Below, piece after piece: positions 61,633-64,000 of a DNA stretch of 64,000 nucleotides. This stretch comes from Isurus oxyrinchus (taxonomy: Eukaryota). Under the pieces are notes generated by a model that was given only the letters and a program-made list of their open reading frames with translations, was not told the DNA's origin and did not search any database. Made by a program: the position numbers and the translations under genes. Each line of letters starts with the position of its first letter. The stretch's first letter is position 1. The DNA is taken from assembly GCA_026770705.1 (NCBI GenBank), contig JANJGN010000028.1, positions 11,284,001-11,348,000 of the forward strand. The letters are read 5' to 3'.

Positions 61633-64000
61633 TGTGAGGATTTGTTCAGTAGAACTCACTAAGAGGTTCAGAGGCTTGTAAGGTTGAATAGGGGTGTTTA
61701 TTGGTAACACAATTAATTACGTATGTACAAAGTACAACCCAAACTAGGAGCTAACTCCATGCTGGTTTTTGCTAGACTGCTATTGTACTCAGTCCACTAT
61801 CATATGACTCTCTATATCATATTGTGGGTGGTACTGTTTCTCCAATCCCACATTAAGCCTTGCCATGCCAAACACCATTATACTACACCTCCCTCCAAGT
61901 CTTTTTACCCAAACATATTTATAATATAATCTTCCTTCATGTGCTACCCATTCTCCCCTCTCTCAAGTCTCTGGCTTTTTAAATTCAGGCAGTGTGGAGA
62001 CTTGACAATTCTTCCAGATCTCATTCTGGTCACATCTGGAGGCGTGCTAGGCTCATTGCTTTGGGAAAGCTTTTTTGGCTTGGAGTTGAAATCGTAGTAC
62101 TCTGCTGTTTCAGGCACTTGACTGTCTCCATCTGATTCGCTTTTTGCGCTCCTTGGAGGTGAATTTCTCCTTATTAACAATCCATCCTATTTGTTTAGAC
62201 TCCGTAGGTTTGTTCCAATCTTTCCAAAGGGAATGTTCACTCCATTCATTCATAGAGTGGAATCAGGTTTGATTTTCTTGTGGGGTCCGCCATGTTCTTC
62301 TTAGAAGTTGACATTTCATAAATGGAACCTCCACTGCCACTTGTTTTGCAATTTCACGAAAATAGTTGTTTATAATTTGTTTTAAAGGTTATTAATCTTT
62401 TCATCCAGCTCAGCAACGACTCTGGATGAATTCAGTTGTCTTTGTTCCAGAGTTATTTGCAGAATCCTTACACAAGCTTAACAACTGCACCTGGGCATTC
62501 AACTCCTATCGGAATCTTTCTTCCATGGTCACTGACTGCTCTGTAGTTTCATTTAATTCACTCATTAGATCCTCAAAACGTTTCTTAGAATTTTTCTTTT
62601 CTGCTTTTAAAGTCTGGATTTGCTCTTTCATGACGCACATCTCATCTTTCACATTCTTCAGATTGGATCAAAGTTCAGGAATTTAATCAGTTTTGGCTGT
62701 TAATTCCACATTCAACCAACTGTTCTGATTTATCAGCAATTCCATCTAGCTCACGTCTGTAATTTTACTTCTCCTAATTGTTCCTGAGACTCTTCATACT
62801 CCTTCGTGAGAACTTTTACTTTCTCGTGCACCTGTTCAACCTTTGCTTGACATTCTACGTTCTTGATTTTCATTTCAGCCATTTCATCCTTCAGCAACCC
62901 AATGGTTCTCAGTAAGTTTGAGGCATCCAGTGCTTACTCTTCTTGTTCTTTGATCTTCAGCTTTAGATTTATATTTTCTGATTTATTTCTGCCTTTTCTT
63001 TCTCCACCTGCTGCAGAGCTTTGACCTTGTCTTTCATTTTAGTTTAATTGTTAGGCAGGTCTGTCTCCGGCAAAGCCTTAATTTGTTTCAGTTCTGCAAC
63101 TGTGCTATTTGTGACTTTATTATCTGCTTGCAGCTTGGAATGCTCTGCGGCTTTCCCTTCAATCAGAGTCATCTGGCTCAGCACTTACACCTGCTGTTGC
63201 AGTTTGGGTAACGTTTTCAGTAATATCTTTTCAAAAAAATCTATGTTTAAGCCTTCTGGCTGGTTCTCAGCCTCCTCTTTCTTCTGCATTAAACTCTTCA
63301 GCTCATGCAATTCATTGCGGTGACATGGTATGCCACTGTCATGTGGTTTGCTTGGATATTGTCTTTTGCCTTTTTGTTGCTTTATTGGGGTTGTTCTGTC
63401 CCCCTTCGCAAGCTTTGTGTGCTCCACAACTTGAAGATTAAATTATTTGTCAAAGGGTTTTGATATCGCATCAAAGCGAGCTGAGGATTCATCAATGCAT
63501 TACATTAGAATCACTTAATCCACAAATACTCCAAACAGGTATAAAGGCATATTGATCCGGTCTTTGCCTGATTTCCTACTTAACCCTGATGTACTCAGTC
63601 ACTTAAAAATTTTCTTCCCCAACTTTGCATCTGGTTTGGCCTGATATCAGCCCAAATTCATCTGGTGGAGTTGATTTACTATCTACCTGTTTTTCAGCTC
63701 AGCAAAGTACAGCTTTAAATCTTGTTTCTCTTTTAAGGATGGTGCTGCAGTAACGTTTTCTCAATGCTTATTCCTGCACTTATCAGGTTTTGGTGAGCTT
63801 CCACAGTAATCATGGACCCCACTTCAAAGGGATTGATTTCTCGCAGTGAATTTTTTGATCAAGGATTTGGGCCCTTCAGAACACTTTTGGAGTATGTTAG
63901 GCATGATTAAAAGACAATTCTTGGTTTTGGCTGAGTTTTTAAAAAGTACTTTTTCTTACAATGGAGCTCAGCCATTGCATAGTATGGCAGTCTCTGTACC
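61633..64000 (-). mobile_element. Gypsy-like LTR element: 3' LTR at 61633-61887 plus decayed internal region, continuing past the window
   Basis: Minus strand reads PPT (ggagggagg), then TGTAG...CACA with AATAAA inside. Upstream ORF ends RSGRIVKSPHCLNL, an integrase-tail-like motif. Confidence 0.65.

Overview
Vertebrate genomic DNA, most likely a shark or other cartilaginous fish (inferred from the repeat families, not proven). The minus strand carries 14 consecutive internal exons of a fibrillin gene. The best match is FBN1, and the exons cover cbEGF16-22, TB4 with its RGD motif, cbEGF23-24, TB5 and cbEGF25. All have GT-AG boundaries and are phase 1-1. The gene runs off both window ends. Almost everything else is intronic and rich in decayed mobile elements: (1) a nested Gypsy > solo-LTR > CR1 stack, (2) a Harbinger transposon and several of its MITEs, (3) CR1 and L2 LINEs, tRNA-derived SINEs and Penelope remnants with hammerhead-ribozyme motifs, (4) a complete but decayed Ty1/Copia (GalEa-like) element with both LTRs, and (5) a Gypsy-like element running off the right end. 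The most unusual feature is a ~1.8 kb tandem array (45695-47475). It has 10 tRNA-Thr(UGU)-like Pol III heads, most followed by a foldable three-way-junction tail, in scrambled modular order and bounded by a 13-bp direct repeat. All family assignments are from motif recognition by eye and recalled reference sequences; no database search was run.
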